A stretch of 64,000 nucleotides of DNA from Camelus ferus (GCF_009834535.1 NC_045696.1:27096001-27160000); one strand, 5' to 3'; shown: positions 37,081 to 50,965, counted from the first letter of the stretch. The notes: a model not told the origin generated them from the letters alone. Program-made: numbers and translations.

Positions 37081-39217
37081 CTTTTAATTCCAAGAGGATA
37101 CAATTTAATGTCATCATTAAATCTTCAAATAATCAGGGTATTTTCTAAATAGCTGAAGTAAACCCAAGTAATGTCTGAATGCCAGGCTTTACAGGTTAGA
37201 CAAGGAAGTCACTTCACGACGTAGCATTTTGATATTTCAGGAGCTGTATCCAGAAAAATGGGATTTAAGAAGGGTAGCCTCACACTGCATTCTATCTAGA
37301 CAAATGGCATTGGGCAGAGTCCCAACTGGAGGAGAAACGTTACTGAATTCTCACAGACTGCATATGAATGAAGGTGGTGCCAAAACTATAAAAATATGTA
37401 ACAAAGAGTACAAGGGTTTATCTTTTACATGGTCACATGCCCTTTTCCTGCCCACAAGCAGGCGGCACACACTGGTACAGGTGGTCCTTTATAATTGTGT
37501 GCATAAAATAACTGAGTCATTTTCTGATTGGTAAATAACATGCAATGTCAGACTCTCCACACCATCTGTGTCACTCACCACCACAGTTTTCTGCAAAACT
37601 GCCAGCAGCACAAGCCCAGCATCTCACTGTTGGAGAAGTCACACGAAGAAGTACTTGGCATCCTTGGCAAAGCTTAAATCTGCTCCCAGTATTGAACCTG
37701 ACATATGCCCCAAAGCAGAACGTGTATGCTACCCTAATGATCTCTCCTGCTGTTTTATAATCAGAGACATAGATGGAAGGAGTGCTGCCATTTTTTCATT
37801 TGGCACCAGTCAGCCTCCTGGACTCTCCTTTTGGCTTTAAAAAAAAAAAAAAAAAAAAAAAGGAAAGATCTCATATTTAGGAGAATTAATGATCAGATGG
37901 CTAAACACAACCATTTCACTATTTTCATCACTATTTCCTAGATGTAAGATTTGTGCTTATTTCTAAATTCTTGCTTCAGCTTTCTTCAATTTTGGGGAAT
38001 CCTCATATGAATCATCTGAAGGAAGGGTTGTTAACTGACAGTTCAGACAGACTTCTTGAAGTCTGGGAGAGCCTAGCTGGTAGTTGCCTTGTCAACTTCA
38101 CTTTTCGTTGAAGGAAAGGAATACTGAGTCAGAGGGCACATCTTGGCTTCCTTTTTAAGACGTCTGGTATTGACAGAAGCTAAAAATCAGAGCCTCAGCA
38201 TGCATCATGCAGGGAAAGTCCTGGAAAGACTTCTCCTTCCATCCCTCTTTTTTTGTTGTTTCCTTTCCTATTAGTCACAAAGAGCCATACCCATATGGTG
38301 GTAGCCCCAGATCCAGGAGTTATTAATTTTGTCAAATTTCTTTTAGATTAGGGCTTTTACTTTATTTTTGGTACTAAAATCAGCTGAAAATGTTAATATG
38401 CTTTTGAGGGGCCCAAGATTTCTATATAAAATGCTCCACACAAAAAAGTTAATTCAGAAACTTGCACTTCTTGATAAATGATGGGAATGTTAGCTATCTT
38501 GATTGTGGTGGCGGTTTCACTGGTGTACACCTCTATCAAATTTCATCAGATAGTACACCTGAAATATGTTTAATTTATTGTATAGGAATCATAACATAAT
38601 AAAGCTGCTAACAAATAATAAAATAAAGGTATAAAAAGGGTTAATTCAATAGAGAAAAATGCAGTTTTGACCATAATTATTTTTAAGTAATCCACACATA
38701 AATAACATAATTCTAAATTATAGGTATATTCCATAAGTCAACACAACAGCTAAAACAGCTGATGATCTAGAGCCAACAAAATTAAAAGCCAGACAAGGGA
38801 CACATACATACTGTAATAAACCTGATATAAATAGGCTTTGGAGATCACTATTCACTTTATTTTTAATGTGATAAGAATACAAATACTTAAGAAATTGATT
38901 ATCACTTTATTCCATCTAATGATCAACAAGGTTTGGAGTCTGTTTTACTGAAGATAACTCTAAAAAATACTGGTATCTAAAAAAGAAGCCATCGTGGTAT
39001 CACCTCACAAAATTCCATTTTCCTCATAAATAAAATGTAGACTAATCCAGACAGAAGTCACAACTATAAAGTTAAAATGTACAGGAAAAAAAAGTTACAG
39101 CACTCAGCCTTATAAACATAAATTTAATATCCAAAAGTTACATTTCACATTTATATATTATTAAATATTATTTCCATATAATTCAGTAAAGATGATCTCT
39201 AGAAAGTACACACTCTA

Positions 39218-39659
39218 GAGAATGACATTCTAATGTCAGAAAGAGAAAGCAAAATAGCGTATGATGTCACTTATATGTGGAATCTAAATAAATAAATAAA
39301 TAAAGAAATAAAGAAATAAAGAAATAAAGATAAACGAACTTATTTACAAAACAGAAAAAGATTCATAGACACAGAAAACAAACTCATGGTTACCAGCAGG
39401 GGAAGAGGGTGGGAAGGAATAAATTGGGAGTTCAAGATTTGCAGACACTACTATATATAAAATAGATAAATAACAAGGGTATATTGTATAATACAGGGAA
39501 CTATATTCAGTATCTTTCAGTAACATACAGTTAAAAAGAATATGAAAATGAATATATGTATGCTCCTGTATGACTGAAGTATTGTGTTGTACACCGGAAA
39601 CTGACACAACATCGTAAACTGACTATACCTCAATAAGAATATATATAAATTTAAAGAAA
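39218..39659 (+). mobile_element. 5'-truncated lineage-specific L1 3' UTR with a 17-bp TSD
   Basis: Homologous to the 3' UTR at ~34760-35170; perfect TSD agaaagtacacactcta (39201-39217, 39660-39676); internal (TAAA)/(GAAATAAA) expansion. Confidence 0.92.
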
Positions 39660-42349
39660 AGAAAGTACACACTCTAAGGACAAATTATTTGACTCCGATT
39701 TCTATCACTTGTGGGACTGTATCCATGAATGTATTTTTTATATTCTTATTCTCTCATTGGATTGCTGGAACGTTTTGTTGTTATTTTGCGTTTGTGGGTT
39801 TGTGAAGTAGCTCTTTTAGCACCTTTTATTTAGTAGTGACCTTATGTAATGATTTTATAAGTGTCAGCACTAACTTGATTCAAGGTCTAACTGTTCACTT
39901 CTTCAGCTAGAGTCCCTTAGAACTGCCCCTACTTCAATTCATAATCTCCTGCTGCTCGTAGCTCTTCAGGCAAGTATCTTAGGGGTGAGGAGTGTGTTGT
40001 CTGTGTTAAGATGCAGTTGAGATGTAAATATTCCACAATGTTTTAGTGTATGCAAAAATAGCTTTTACCCTATACTTATCTACAACCAAAAAATTTTTAA
40101 CGAGACCAAGATTTGGGGGCCTGTAGGTGGACCCTGCATGATACTGACAGGTATATGAAAGCCATCACAGAGATGAGTGGTGGAAAGGTATTCACCTCCT
40201 ACGATTACCTATAATAGCGGGTGAGGTCATTAGCCCCCACAGCACTTGTTTGAAATCTAAACAGGTACAGCAACTCACCATTAAGATCAATCCATTACTG
40301 AATTAGAAATACGACTGAATTTAGCAACAAATTTGTGCCAACATTACTTCTAGCAGCAGTAGGTTTTCAGCAGCAGATTGGCACTGTGACAGGGTCCATA
40401 ATTTTCACAGTATGTGTTTCATAATTTGTCATGCACACTCTTGATTGCTTGGCATATTGGCAGAGTCCACAGTGCTCTCTAAATGTCACCAAACGCATTT
40501 GAGGATTTGTCATGCATGATCTGAGCAAGTGACACAACACAGCAGAGTGGCCAGATTCAGAGCTGATTTTTGCACTCACTGTGAGTGTTCTTGAGCTCAG
40601 CCACCAGTGATGAGGGCCTAGTGGGAGCTGCATAGCCCCTCTCTTGGAGCTGCTGATTTTTAATTCTGTGTCAAGTGATCATATGGATGCTGCCAGGAGA
40701 AAATACTATTACACTGCAGGTGTGACATGCACAGCACAGAATTTCTGCCTGATCATATTCTTTTCACGTCATTGCTTATAGTGTACTTTACGTTTTTTCA
40801 TACAAGCACAAAGAGCATTTCACAAATTTGGAGTAACAAAAAGGAAATTAATAAATATGAATAGAGGGTGGAGAAAGCTATATTCAAGAAATTACCCAGT
40901 TAAGAGATCAAGAAAAAAAAAAAAAGATGTCTGCGGTTTTTAACAGAAATGTGGGGTGGTGTCAGGATCAGAGAACCCTGGGCTAGTTGTCATAACACCT
41001 GGTTCCTGTAGGTACAACTTCTGAGTTTAGGCAAACCATCCATCCTATTTTTGGCCTCAGTATATGAGGAGGTTGGATGAGAGCAAATTTAAGGGTGCTT
41101 TCACATCTGAACATTCCATTGTTCTAACAGCAGAGCATGAATTTATTAATACCTTTCAGTCATCTCCCCCATTTGCCTGCAATGACTGCATAATGCTCCT
41201 CCAGTGTTTAGTAAAAGCTTCAAGAGCTACATCTGCTGGAAGCTTTTAGTTGTCTAGGATCCCAGCCATTATCTTATCACTTTTAGTCACTGTCTTTTAA
41301 GAGGAGAAAGGAAATTAGTCTTTTTTGTACATTTGGGCCCCGTGGATGCACCTGTTACTATGAAATCTGTTTGATGATAAATAACTCACATATGCTCAAG
41401 AGCGTTGTCTTGACATGTGCAGTGAGAGACCTTCACAGACATATGTTGTAAAAAGCAATAGCTGTGACTTTGTATTGGCTCACGGATCAGTGAAAGTAGG
41501 AAAGTGAGAGGAGACTAACAAAGACTGTTTTGGCAGGGAGGGAAACTGAAGATTTCACTGGAAAATTCTGAAATTTTGAAAATTTCACACCTATATGCAA
41601 TGCACAAAAAACACAGATATAAAAAGCACACATTAATCACAAATATACACCTATTGGCCAGAGTTGTCATATGTAAAGTCATGTGAAACATATAAAATTT
41701 TTACTTTTAAAAATCCAGAAGACTAGAGTCATTTGTTTAAAATGTATAGCTTTTTGGAATACAAAATATCCTCTCTTCAGAAAACAGTGCCAGGATTTTG
41801 CCTTTATTGAAAATGTTGTTCATTCTAATTTTTTTGTGATCAGCTTGATTGGGACAAGTGGAATCATCACTACGCTTCCTTTATTTCTAGGAAAAAGCTA
41901 TTTTTTCACAAACCTTTTTATGTGGACAGTTTTCACCATTCACAAACATGGTCAGCCCCGTGCTACAAATCAGGTGGCTGTTTAACCCTCATACTCAAAT
42001 TGCACCACAGCACACATGAGCAAGTGGAGATTCAATTATTTCCATTTTTACCCGTAGGTGTCTGATGAAAATTGAGTATCTTACTTTTCAAATTTTATTA
42101 GATTGATTCATATAACCGATCCTATACATTTTATTAATTCACTTTTGAAATTGATTTGTTTTGATCATTAAATTTTTAATTTTATTATTCTGAAACATAT
42201 CACCATTCTGTTTTCCAAATGTCTTTTTAAAATTATACCCCAAAGTAGAAGGCTATATATGTTTCATATAGGTACATACTTCAAACACAGATGGTGACTA
42301 ACTCAAAGTAGTATTGACCTGAGAGTATTAAGAAAAGTAGGTTGAATAC

Positions 42350-43237
42350 TTTTTTTTTTTTCCTGATCCATACACCCTTTATTCCAGAGTGGCCAACCGC
42401 TGTGCTGCATCCAAGCAACAATACACAAACTGGCAATCGACCGCAATCCAGCTGTACAACAATCTCAGGCTGACAGTACATTTAAGGTTCTTAAATTTGG
42501 GGGAAAAAAGTTTAAAAAAAAAAAAACAAAGAACCCCCAAGCCCAAACACCCGAAGAATACAAGTAGTGTAGCAAGTTGGTGCATCTTACATTTCTGATG
42601 CTTATTCGTGCAACTCAAGTGTCAAAATCCAAATAACTCAACTAAAAGATTAGTTCAGTGAAATTTTAATTACATAAGTTCTTCAAAGCTTAAACTTGTA
42701 AAAATTTTTTTGTCTTGGAAATGTTATAAAAAATTTTAATAGCAAAACATAGGAATAAAAACAGATTAACAAAATGTATTCAATCATTTACAATACAAAC
42801 AAGGAAATCTGTAGTTTGTTGTAGCCTGACAAAACAAAACTACCCACTAAGAATCTATGCACAATGTAATTGCAAATATGTCCAGTACTTTAAAGAAGCC
42901 TACAAGGAGGACTTTACAGAAGGAAAGTCAGCTAGGCTCTTTGTTAGACTAACAATACAATCAAAATATTAAAACTCTGTGGGGACTGGTAATAAATTTG
43001 CACTTAAAAAAAAAAACCCCAGTTTCCTTTTGTTTAAGAATATTCCAGTTATATTTATATGGTTCCAGTTGATGAAGCTATTCATGATTGTTCCAGTAAA
43101 CTACTCTTTAATTGATTTTTTTGAGGGGAAGATCAGCAAAAGAATTAACAAAATTTAACAAAGGAATTTCCATCACAATGGTTTTCCAGTTACACTATCA
43201 CAGCTTCACAAATGGACTGAACTCATGAATCCAGTGG
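42350..43237 (-). other. Candidate 3' UTR / terminal exon (or retroposed 3' UTR) of an unidentified transcript
   Basis: On the minus strand: AATAAA (42378-42383), then 16 nt, then a 12-A run (42350-42361); ATTAAA at 42735-42740; U-rich and free of recognisable repeats; candidate acceptor ctctctttcag ending at 43238. Confidence 0.5.
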
Positions 43238-44902
43238 CTGAAAGAGAGCTGCAGGTCAAATACTGAGAACACTGGTGGAGAGAGGGCAGAGTCCTGCATA
43301 CATGAATCCTAAGTGATGGGCAAGGTAGAGAGACAGGAGCGAGCATACTTTATAGAGTATGAGAAAATGGTCCCCCCACTCAGCTCTCATTCCCATTCTG
43401 CATGACAATGAAGCTGGAAATCAGACTGTTGAGACTAACGTGATGTGTGAGTTAGTAGAACCTCTAGGTATGAAAGACTGAGATTTCCTCAGCTCTTTGA
43501 CTGGGACGCCCTAAAAGCTGAGCACTGGTTTAATGCTTTTTAATACAACAAATATCTAACCTAATTTCTCTGACGTGCTATTCTCATAAAATGTTTGTGA
43601 ATACACTTATAACAATCTGTAGCTCCTACATCATTAGCCACACAAAGCCCTTGAATCTATAAAAATCTTTTCATATGCACTTATAAAAGATACCTACTGA
43701 AAAATTGAAAAATTCTGACTCAAATGCACACAAATATACATACATATACATACAAACAGAGTAACATGCCTGTCTAAAATTGTTTGGTCAACAAATTAAT
43801 AAGTTGATATATTTGCTTGATTTGAAATAATATCTGCTTTCAAATTTGTATCATTTCCTCTATTCATGCTGCCTAACAATGAACAAATAGAAAGCAAAAT
43901 GTCAAAAAAAATTAAGCTCATACTGAACAGAAATGAAGCAAAAGAGTTCATGTTTTAAGTTATCAATCTAATTTTCAAGAGAATATGACTATAACACTAA
44001 TAGACTCCAGAGTCCTGTTTTCTTTTTTTAACTCAACAAAAGCCTGAATTAGCCTATCTTATCTCTCAGTTCTCCCTATTCTATCCACAATTATTTATTT
44101 ACCTTCCTATAAACACTCAGTCTTCACAATTAAACACACAATTTTCCTCCTGCCTTATTTTCCTGTGATTTCCCACTTTTATTAAAGGCCTGGATAATGA
44201 GTATATCTCATTTATACAGTATTGCTTCCTTAACCAAAATTTTGCTAGCTCATCTCCTGCATTAGCTTTAGAGGTCTAAATTTCCCATTTAATGATTTTT
44301 GTATCTATTACTCATTCTCTATATAAAACAGCTGCATGAAAACGTTTTTGTTAGTGGCATGCTATCTTGCGTGACTAAAGAAATAAGATAAAAGTAAATT
44401 AGCTTCTAGATAGATCATCAAATATGTGTTTTATGTTGAGAACCAGAGGAGACTATCATTTCACAAAACCTCCCAGCAATAACCATAAAATCTCTTTTGC
44501 CTGTATCTCAAGTGCCTTTATAGTATAAAGTCCTGAGTTTTCAAACAGCACTTTGTCTACCAACAGATTTTCTCAGAGCTAGTGTTAGTTTTTGCCAACT
44601 TTTCACACAAACTGCAATTGCACCATCCTATTAGAATCATAGGTCTCTCCATTGTGATACATAAAGGTCACATCATGCATTTGTAAAAGTAATCAGGAAA
44701 TAATAAAATTTCTTCTTATATACATCACAAGACAAACTAAAAAGGAAAAAACAAGATGAAAATAAATTTTAAAGATTCTCTGCACCTATTTAGCCAATAA
44801 TTGTTAATCTTCTTTTACTTTAAAGTGCAAATATAAACAAATTTCTTGCTATCATGGATTTTATATGCTCATGGGAAAGACAGATAATAAGTAAATCATC
44901 AA

Positions 44903-45040
44903 TTTACGTATATACATAAATATGCATATGCATACATACACATAGCACATACGCATACACATCATATATACATATGCATAATATCATATCACATATGTGT
45001 ACACATATCATATATATGCATGCATGTATGTATGTAAATA
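44903..45040. repeat. Degenerate (TA/CA/TG) alternating purine-pyrimidine low-complexity tract
   Basis: Directly visible. Confidence 0.85.
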
Positions 45041-45929
45041 TCAGACAATAATAAATGACTTACAAAGAAATTTCAAGTGGATAGCAGAAAACAGAATATG
45101 CCTGGTTCTCTTAGAAAGCAAAGCCACGCCAAGCACTTTGTTGAGGGGGACGTGAGTTACTGTGGGAAGGGATAGGCAGTCCTTTGATCATAGTTGGCCT
45201 CCTCTGTTCATCTGTGTGGCAGGATGCACATTGGAGATCAATGCAAAGCTACCCTTTCTCTACTTTTTCCTCTTCATTCTGCCTTCAGATGGGGAACATT
45301 GTTGTACTCTTTCCATAACTGAAGATCCAATATTTCTAGTGTTACACAACATTAAACTTTTTTCTCTTTTATGACAATTTCAATGGCAAACTGGAGGAAC
45401 ATGAAACAGATACTACTGCTAGCCAGTCCCTTAATTGTCTATATTTTTAATATTCTGAGTGAAACCATTCTAGCAAATGACAAACTGTGACAATGACATA
45501 CACATTTAGTTTGAAAACAAATACATATTTTTGTGAATAACAGTAAATATGTAACTAATATTCTGTTGTACACAAAGGGAGCAAGTATATGATCAAATAT
45601 TTGTTAGTCTACTGTAATTTGTGGTACTTTTATTTAACCACGGCAAATACTTCTGATCTCAGTAGAGAACAAGTGCTGGAACAGTAAACACTATTCGTTA
45701 TCTCTTTACTACTTAACACTGGCTCTTATCAAAAGAAACGGTCAGTTACAATTCTACTGTCTTTTCCCCATATTTAAATTAATATCAGCAAGAATCACTC
45801 AATTTTAAGCCAGACCATATTCAGTGTCTCATCTTATGCTGCTCCAGGTTCCAGTAGAGCCACAGATACTTTCACACAGCTGAAAACTCAAATGACTGCT
45901 TTCTGGGATTGCCCACTGCCTACTGGAAA

Positions 45930-47460
45930 TTTTCATCTTTCTTTTCCACAGGTATACCTTGTACTCCTCATGACTAAACTCCATTATCATTTCGCCTGAC
46001 AACTACTCCTCTACATTCCTTTTCTCAGTGAATGGGACCAGCACCTACCAAGTCACCCAAGCCAGAAACCTCACTGCCATCCTAGACTTCTTCCTCTTTC
46101 TCACCTTGTCCATCAGTTTCCAAGACCTGCTGCTTCAAGCCTCTGAAGTCATCTCACACAGTCTCTCTCAGCCCACAAAAATTTTGGCAGCACTGTTGTT
46201 TTTTCACTTAATACTCATTCCCTCACTCCCTTGATCCTTTTAAGAGAACCATGATTTTGTTCATGTCAAAGGGCATGTGTTCAAGGGAGGACTGGGTCTC
46301 TCTGGTCCCAACGATGTGAGTCCTGATACACCTAAACCAGTACTACACAATAGAACTTTCTGCAGTGATGGAAATGACTTATAATCTGCACTGTTCAACA
46401 TGGTAGCCACTGATGATAATGCATTTAAATCGTGCTTGGAGCCAGTGATGTAATGAATTCTTAGTTGTATTTAATTATATCAAAGTTAAATAGACACATG
46501 TAACTAATGGCTACCTTATTAGACAGCACAGGTACCAATCAGAGTATTTCCTTAACCCTCACCAATGATTCGTGCAGGAATGGCTATCTGACAGAATTCT
46601 GGCTAGTTAGATATGAGAAAGAGTCTGTCAGAAGACATCTGGCAAACTTACCCTCATAAAAAGGGGAAAAACAGAGGGACACCCTTCTGTCCTCTGGATG
46701 GTGTGCAATGCTGTGATACTTAAGAGCTCGTGTAGCTGTCTGATCCACAAGGGGACAAGCCTCAGGATAAATGCCTCATAGTTAGGACATCCAAAAAGAG
46801 ATACGGTAATCATCTGAGTGCTCAATCACATCTGAGATAGGCTGCTAAATTAACAACACTGGACTTTTTCTTATGGATTTATTTGTGTGAGACAATAAAC
46901 CTCCTTATTTTAAAAGCTGCTGGCTTGGAATTTCTGTATCTTTAGGTAAAAAGCATTCTCAATAATGAGACCTTTTTTAAAATTCAGCACCTCATTTTTT
47001 TACCCAGACTGATGCAGTTGCCTCTTTCCTGATATCATTTCCCTCTGATCTATCTTTCATACCTCCTTTAGATGTGTTTCCTTCCCAAGACTTCACATGG
47101 TTTATAACTAATCTTTAGTGATTTGTGCACTTTTTGGTGGGCTAGCTCCACACCAGCTTTTAGCCTCTGGACAACAGACACCACAAATGCCTGGCCATCA
47201 CTGCTTAGCACACATCCTGGCAGTGTATGGTTGCTCAGCAAGTAGATACTGAATTAATTAAGTAATTTTAAAGAACAGTTCTGATCATGATTCTGCTTTT
47301 TTAAGTGTTTCAATTTTTCCATACAGATGATCAGATGAATTTCAAATTCCCTAGTCTAACACATAAGCCTTCACCATCTGGCCAGGCCTGTCTTTGCAGC
47401 CTCTTCTATCATTGCCTGCCCACAGCCTCATGTGCAGTCTCGAAAATCATTAACAGCTCA
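45930..47460 (+). mobile_element. L2 interrupted by an MLT1 LTR (~46200-46965)
   Basis: L2 motifs 'gtcacccaagccagaaacct' on the left and 'aatttcaaattccctagtctaacac' on the right; MLT1-like 'agacaataaacctccttattttaaa' in between. Confidence 0.6.
46338..46531 (+). mobile_element. MER3 hAT-Charlie element
   Basis: 'caatagaactttctgcagtgatggaaatg...tggctaccttattagacagcacag'. Confidence 0.85.
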
Positions 47461-48410
47461 CCTTTTCAGAATATTCAAGAACAGCTCAGAGACATTTAAT
47501 GAGCAATTTTGCAGGCTGTTTAGGTAATTTGCAGGCAAATAACTTACTCACATGTGAGGGAATCAGCTGGTAGACTGAGTCAAGGAAAAAAAGGTAAAAA
47601 CAGGATTTTTCAAGAAAGAAAGAGGAGAGGGATGGGAAATTGCATGTAGCTTGGGAACAGGGAAACTTGTTTGCATTTTTTTTAATAAACTGATTATTTG
47701 GCAGTAAATAGTAAACCCAAGTTTCCACCATTTCTTCAATAAGAATTTCTCAAGATTCATCCTTAATCTCTCTTTCTATGGAGAAGACACATCCATTCTT
47801 CTACATCTAGTACTTTTCATCTGTAGATGTTGGATATTTCATACCTGGCCTCCAAAATCTCTTCACCATCCTACATTCATATATTTTTAGAATATACAGG
47901 GTAGCCTAGCAGGCATTTCTGGGGCAATACTTTAAGTCAAGAATTCTGCTTGGTATTTTCAGTCTGATCAAAAGAAAAGATTGAACAGCCATCCAGTGAA
48001 AGTTAACTCCAGAGTTTAGGAATTAAGTAAGCCTGTACCAAATATGCTTTTCATAATCTAAGTTTCATGTAGAAAGAGAATCCATGGATGGCTTCATGAG
48101 GTTCCTGGATTTTAGCACAAAGCCTGGCTCTTAATAAGGGATGAGTAGGTGATAATTTATTCTCCAAATTACTCTCCACTATAAATTCTGCTAAGTGCAG
48201 GGGAAAAGGTATATATCAGGGGCTGCCAAGTCCTAAACTGAGAGTTTCTTAGTCAATCCAGCACAGTCTAGAGAGCACAAGTATTCCTCACAATTTACAA
48301 AGCTAAATATACCTCTCTCATAGCTATCCCACTTATGCTATTTCCCTCAAATTTTCCTCCTGTTGTTTAATTTCTAAAGTTGAATTTGCCACTTCAAAGT
48401 TTTGGGTCAT

Positions 48411-48848
48411 TGTGGTAGATGGTGTTACTTGTTCACAATTATTTGTTTCATCCCCGACTTTATCATGCTTCCTTATGGTTGGAATATACTTGGCTACTTC
48501 ACTGACTTTGGGATTGATCATATGACTTTGGTCAATGACACATGAGTGGGTGGGACTTAAAGACTATTTTCAAGCAGAAATTTTAAATGTACTTTTGTGA
48601 TTTGGTTTTACCCCCCTGAACTTCTGTCCTCTGCTGCAAAAAAAAAAAGAGCATGATAACCCAGATAACAGCTGCCCCTTCACCATGAGTTCTGGAACAA
48701 AAGCCATATGGATCCAAGTCCAGCCAAGGCCTTCCTAGACCAGGAGAACCCAGCAGTGTTGTAGCTGACTCTTGGTTTTCATGAAACCTGAGTAGTAAAT
48801 AAAGATTTGTTGTTATAAGCACTGTGACTTTGGAGTTGTTGCTATAGC

Positions 48849-48879
<31 letters not shown>

Positions 48880-48885
48880 CTAATC
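48411..48885 (+). mobile_element. MLT1 (H/I-like) MaLR LTR with an A-run expansion near its 3' end
   Basis: Starts tgtggtaga; contains 'gactttggtcaatga' and 'aaataaagatttgttgttataagc'. Confidence 0.7.
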
Positions 48886-50426
48886 AAATTAGATGAATGT
48901 TATGCTTCATTCAAGCCATTTTCTTTAAACAAATGTTACACATAATTTATGTTGGTTAGCAGTGAACCCATTCTTTAAAATAGGCCTACTACAGGTCTTT
49001 TTTAAAAAAAATCTTGTGTTTGAGGAAATAAGTTTTATTTATGCGCCTTTGAGACAATGTTAAATTCCAGGCGCATAGTATTTTAAGGTATTTAATAAAA
49101 TCAAGATAAAATAATTACATTGCATTCTTAGGATATATGCTTTCTACCAACTTCCTCCAAATAAGCACCTTCTGATGCCTAAGAAACCTTTCCTTGGGCT
49201 TGGTTTTAATCCTTCAAATCTTGAGATCAGTTGTCTTCCTTCTAAACCTTCTTTATGTCTCTCTAGGAAATCATGAAATTGACCACATAAACATTTTCTG
49301 CTTCCTTATCTTCCTTAACCCACAGAGAAACTAATACCTTTAAGTGTTGACAAAAGTTGAAGTATTGAAGTATTTCAGTAAGGTGATAGCTCTACAAAAG
49401 TCACCCATCAGAACACCCATGAAACACAAACCTCCCTATAATTAGTCATCAGAAATAATAAATTGCCACCATGCCAGCCTTTACAGTCTCATGCAGCACT
49501 GTCCCCTGTGACTGCCAATCAAAGCCAGACAGCCCTGTGGGAGAGCTGAATCAACTCAGCAAATGCAGGAACAGGGCCAGCAGCTACTTAACATTTAGTC
49601 ACAAAAGATGCTCCAGAAAAGAAAGATCAAAATGTGGCAAAAATTAGCCTAAACTAATAGAAATGGAAACTTCTAAACACACTTGTGTGAAAGTGTCAGT
49701 CTTAAGAGTCTGGAAAATTGATCAAAGTAACCACTCTTAGGAGCCTGGGCATTATTTATCTCCCCTTTGGTTTCTTCAAATTCATTCTGATCTCCTATTA
49801 TACAACTTTTCTGGGAAAGCTAGTGAAGGATTTAAGAACCTAAATTTTCTAGCCAGAAACAAATACACACAATGTGAATGCAAATTTCCTCCCTTCTAGG
49901 GGACTTGGGAGGCCACTGTCCCCAGGCAGTTCTGTCCTGCTGGCCTGAAGCCTACTGTGTCAAAGTTGAAGCTCGCTTTGAAGTTTGATGCACTGTCTCA
50001 AAAATCTCTTCCAGGGCCCACTACCAGAGTCTCAGAATTAGTCATTAATTTGGTTGGGACAATCCGAAATGTATATGAACATTATTAAATGCTTAATCCC
50101 TTGTCATTCTGATTATGATGATTTTAAGTGGATAGATGTTAACAGCAGGGATCTTTAGGGTTGAATATTCTAATGATTCTTTTCAAAGAAGCTAAATATA
50201 AAACTGACACTCCTGAGGGTGTACCTAGTTTTGACCTTCACTTATTTTGCAACCTAAGGCTAGTGACAAAAACTTTCAGTCTCTGTAAGGGAGCTATAAA
50301 ATTTTGATGAGATGCTGTATCACAGAAATTCTGAAAAATTAACCCTTGCCTAATTTTTGCCTTTGTCTTTCCCAGATATTCCAAATGTTATCCCTTAATA
50401 TCTAGTCCCCATCCATACTCTCAGAC

Positions 50427-50428
<2 letters not shown>

Positions 50429-50466
<38 letters not shown>
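50429..50466. repeat. (AC)19 microsatellite
   Basis: Directly visible. Confidence 0.98.
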
Positions 50467-50472
<6 letters not shown>

Positions 50473-50727
50473 AGTTAAATTCAGTCCTATCTTGGTTACA
50501 TAACACAATAGACTTCTATCAAGTATCTCTCACTATCTAGAAGGAATGGACCTCAGTCACTCACCCAGGTTAAGTGGGCCAGTTTAGATTAAGATTTTCA
50601 TGAAACTGTTTAACGTTTGCTCCGACAAGCAGGCCTGATAATCTTAGTAACATAACAGCTCCATCCCCTGCCTTCTAGTTAATTCATTAGGTCCATGCTT
50701 GTGATCAGCTTCATCTCCTGGGTCAGA

Positions 50728-50965
50728 AAAGTAGCATGGCATTGTGGGTAAGAGCAGGATCTTGGAGCCTTCTGCCTGGGTGCAACCCCAGCCTGCTCGT
50801 TCACGGACTGTGATGCTTTTCAATTTCTTAGTCAATAAAATGAGAAGAATAAAAATAATAGAACCTACTTCTCAGGCCTGTTAGGAGGCTAAAATAAGTT
50901 AGTATCTGAAAGCACATAGAACAATTCAGGTATCTGACAAGCACTACATGCTTGCTAAAGAAATA
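50728..50965 (+). mobile_element. MIR SINE, near full length
   Basis: 'agcatggcattgtgggtaagagca...ctgcctgggtgcaacccca...taaaatgaga...aagcacatagaaca'. Confidence 0.8.

Noticed and set aside
37838..37861. Long A-runs (also ~25460, ~48849, ~59444) as retrocopy tails
   Set aside because: No convincing combination of polyA signal and TSD; treated as simple mononucleotide expansions
49040..49077. 9-bp inverted repeat tatgcgcct/aggcgcata
   Set aside because: Too short to distinguish from chance in 64 kb
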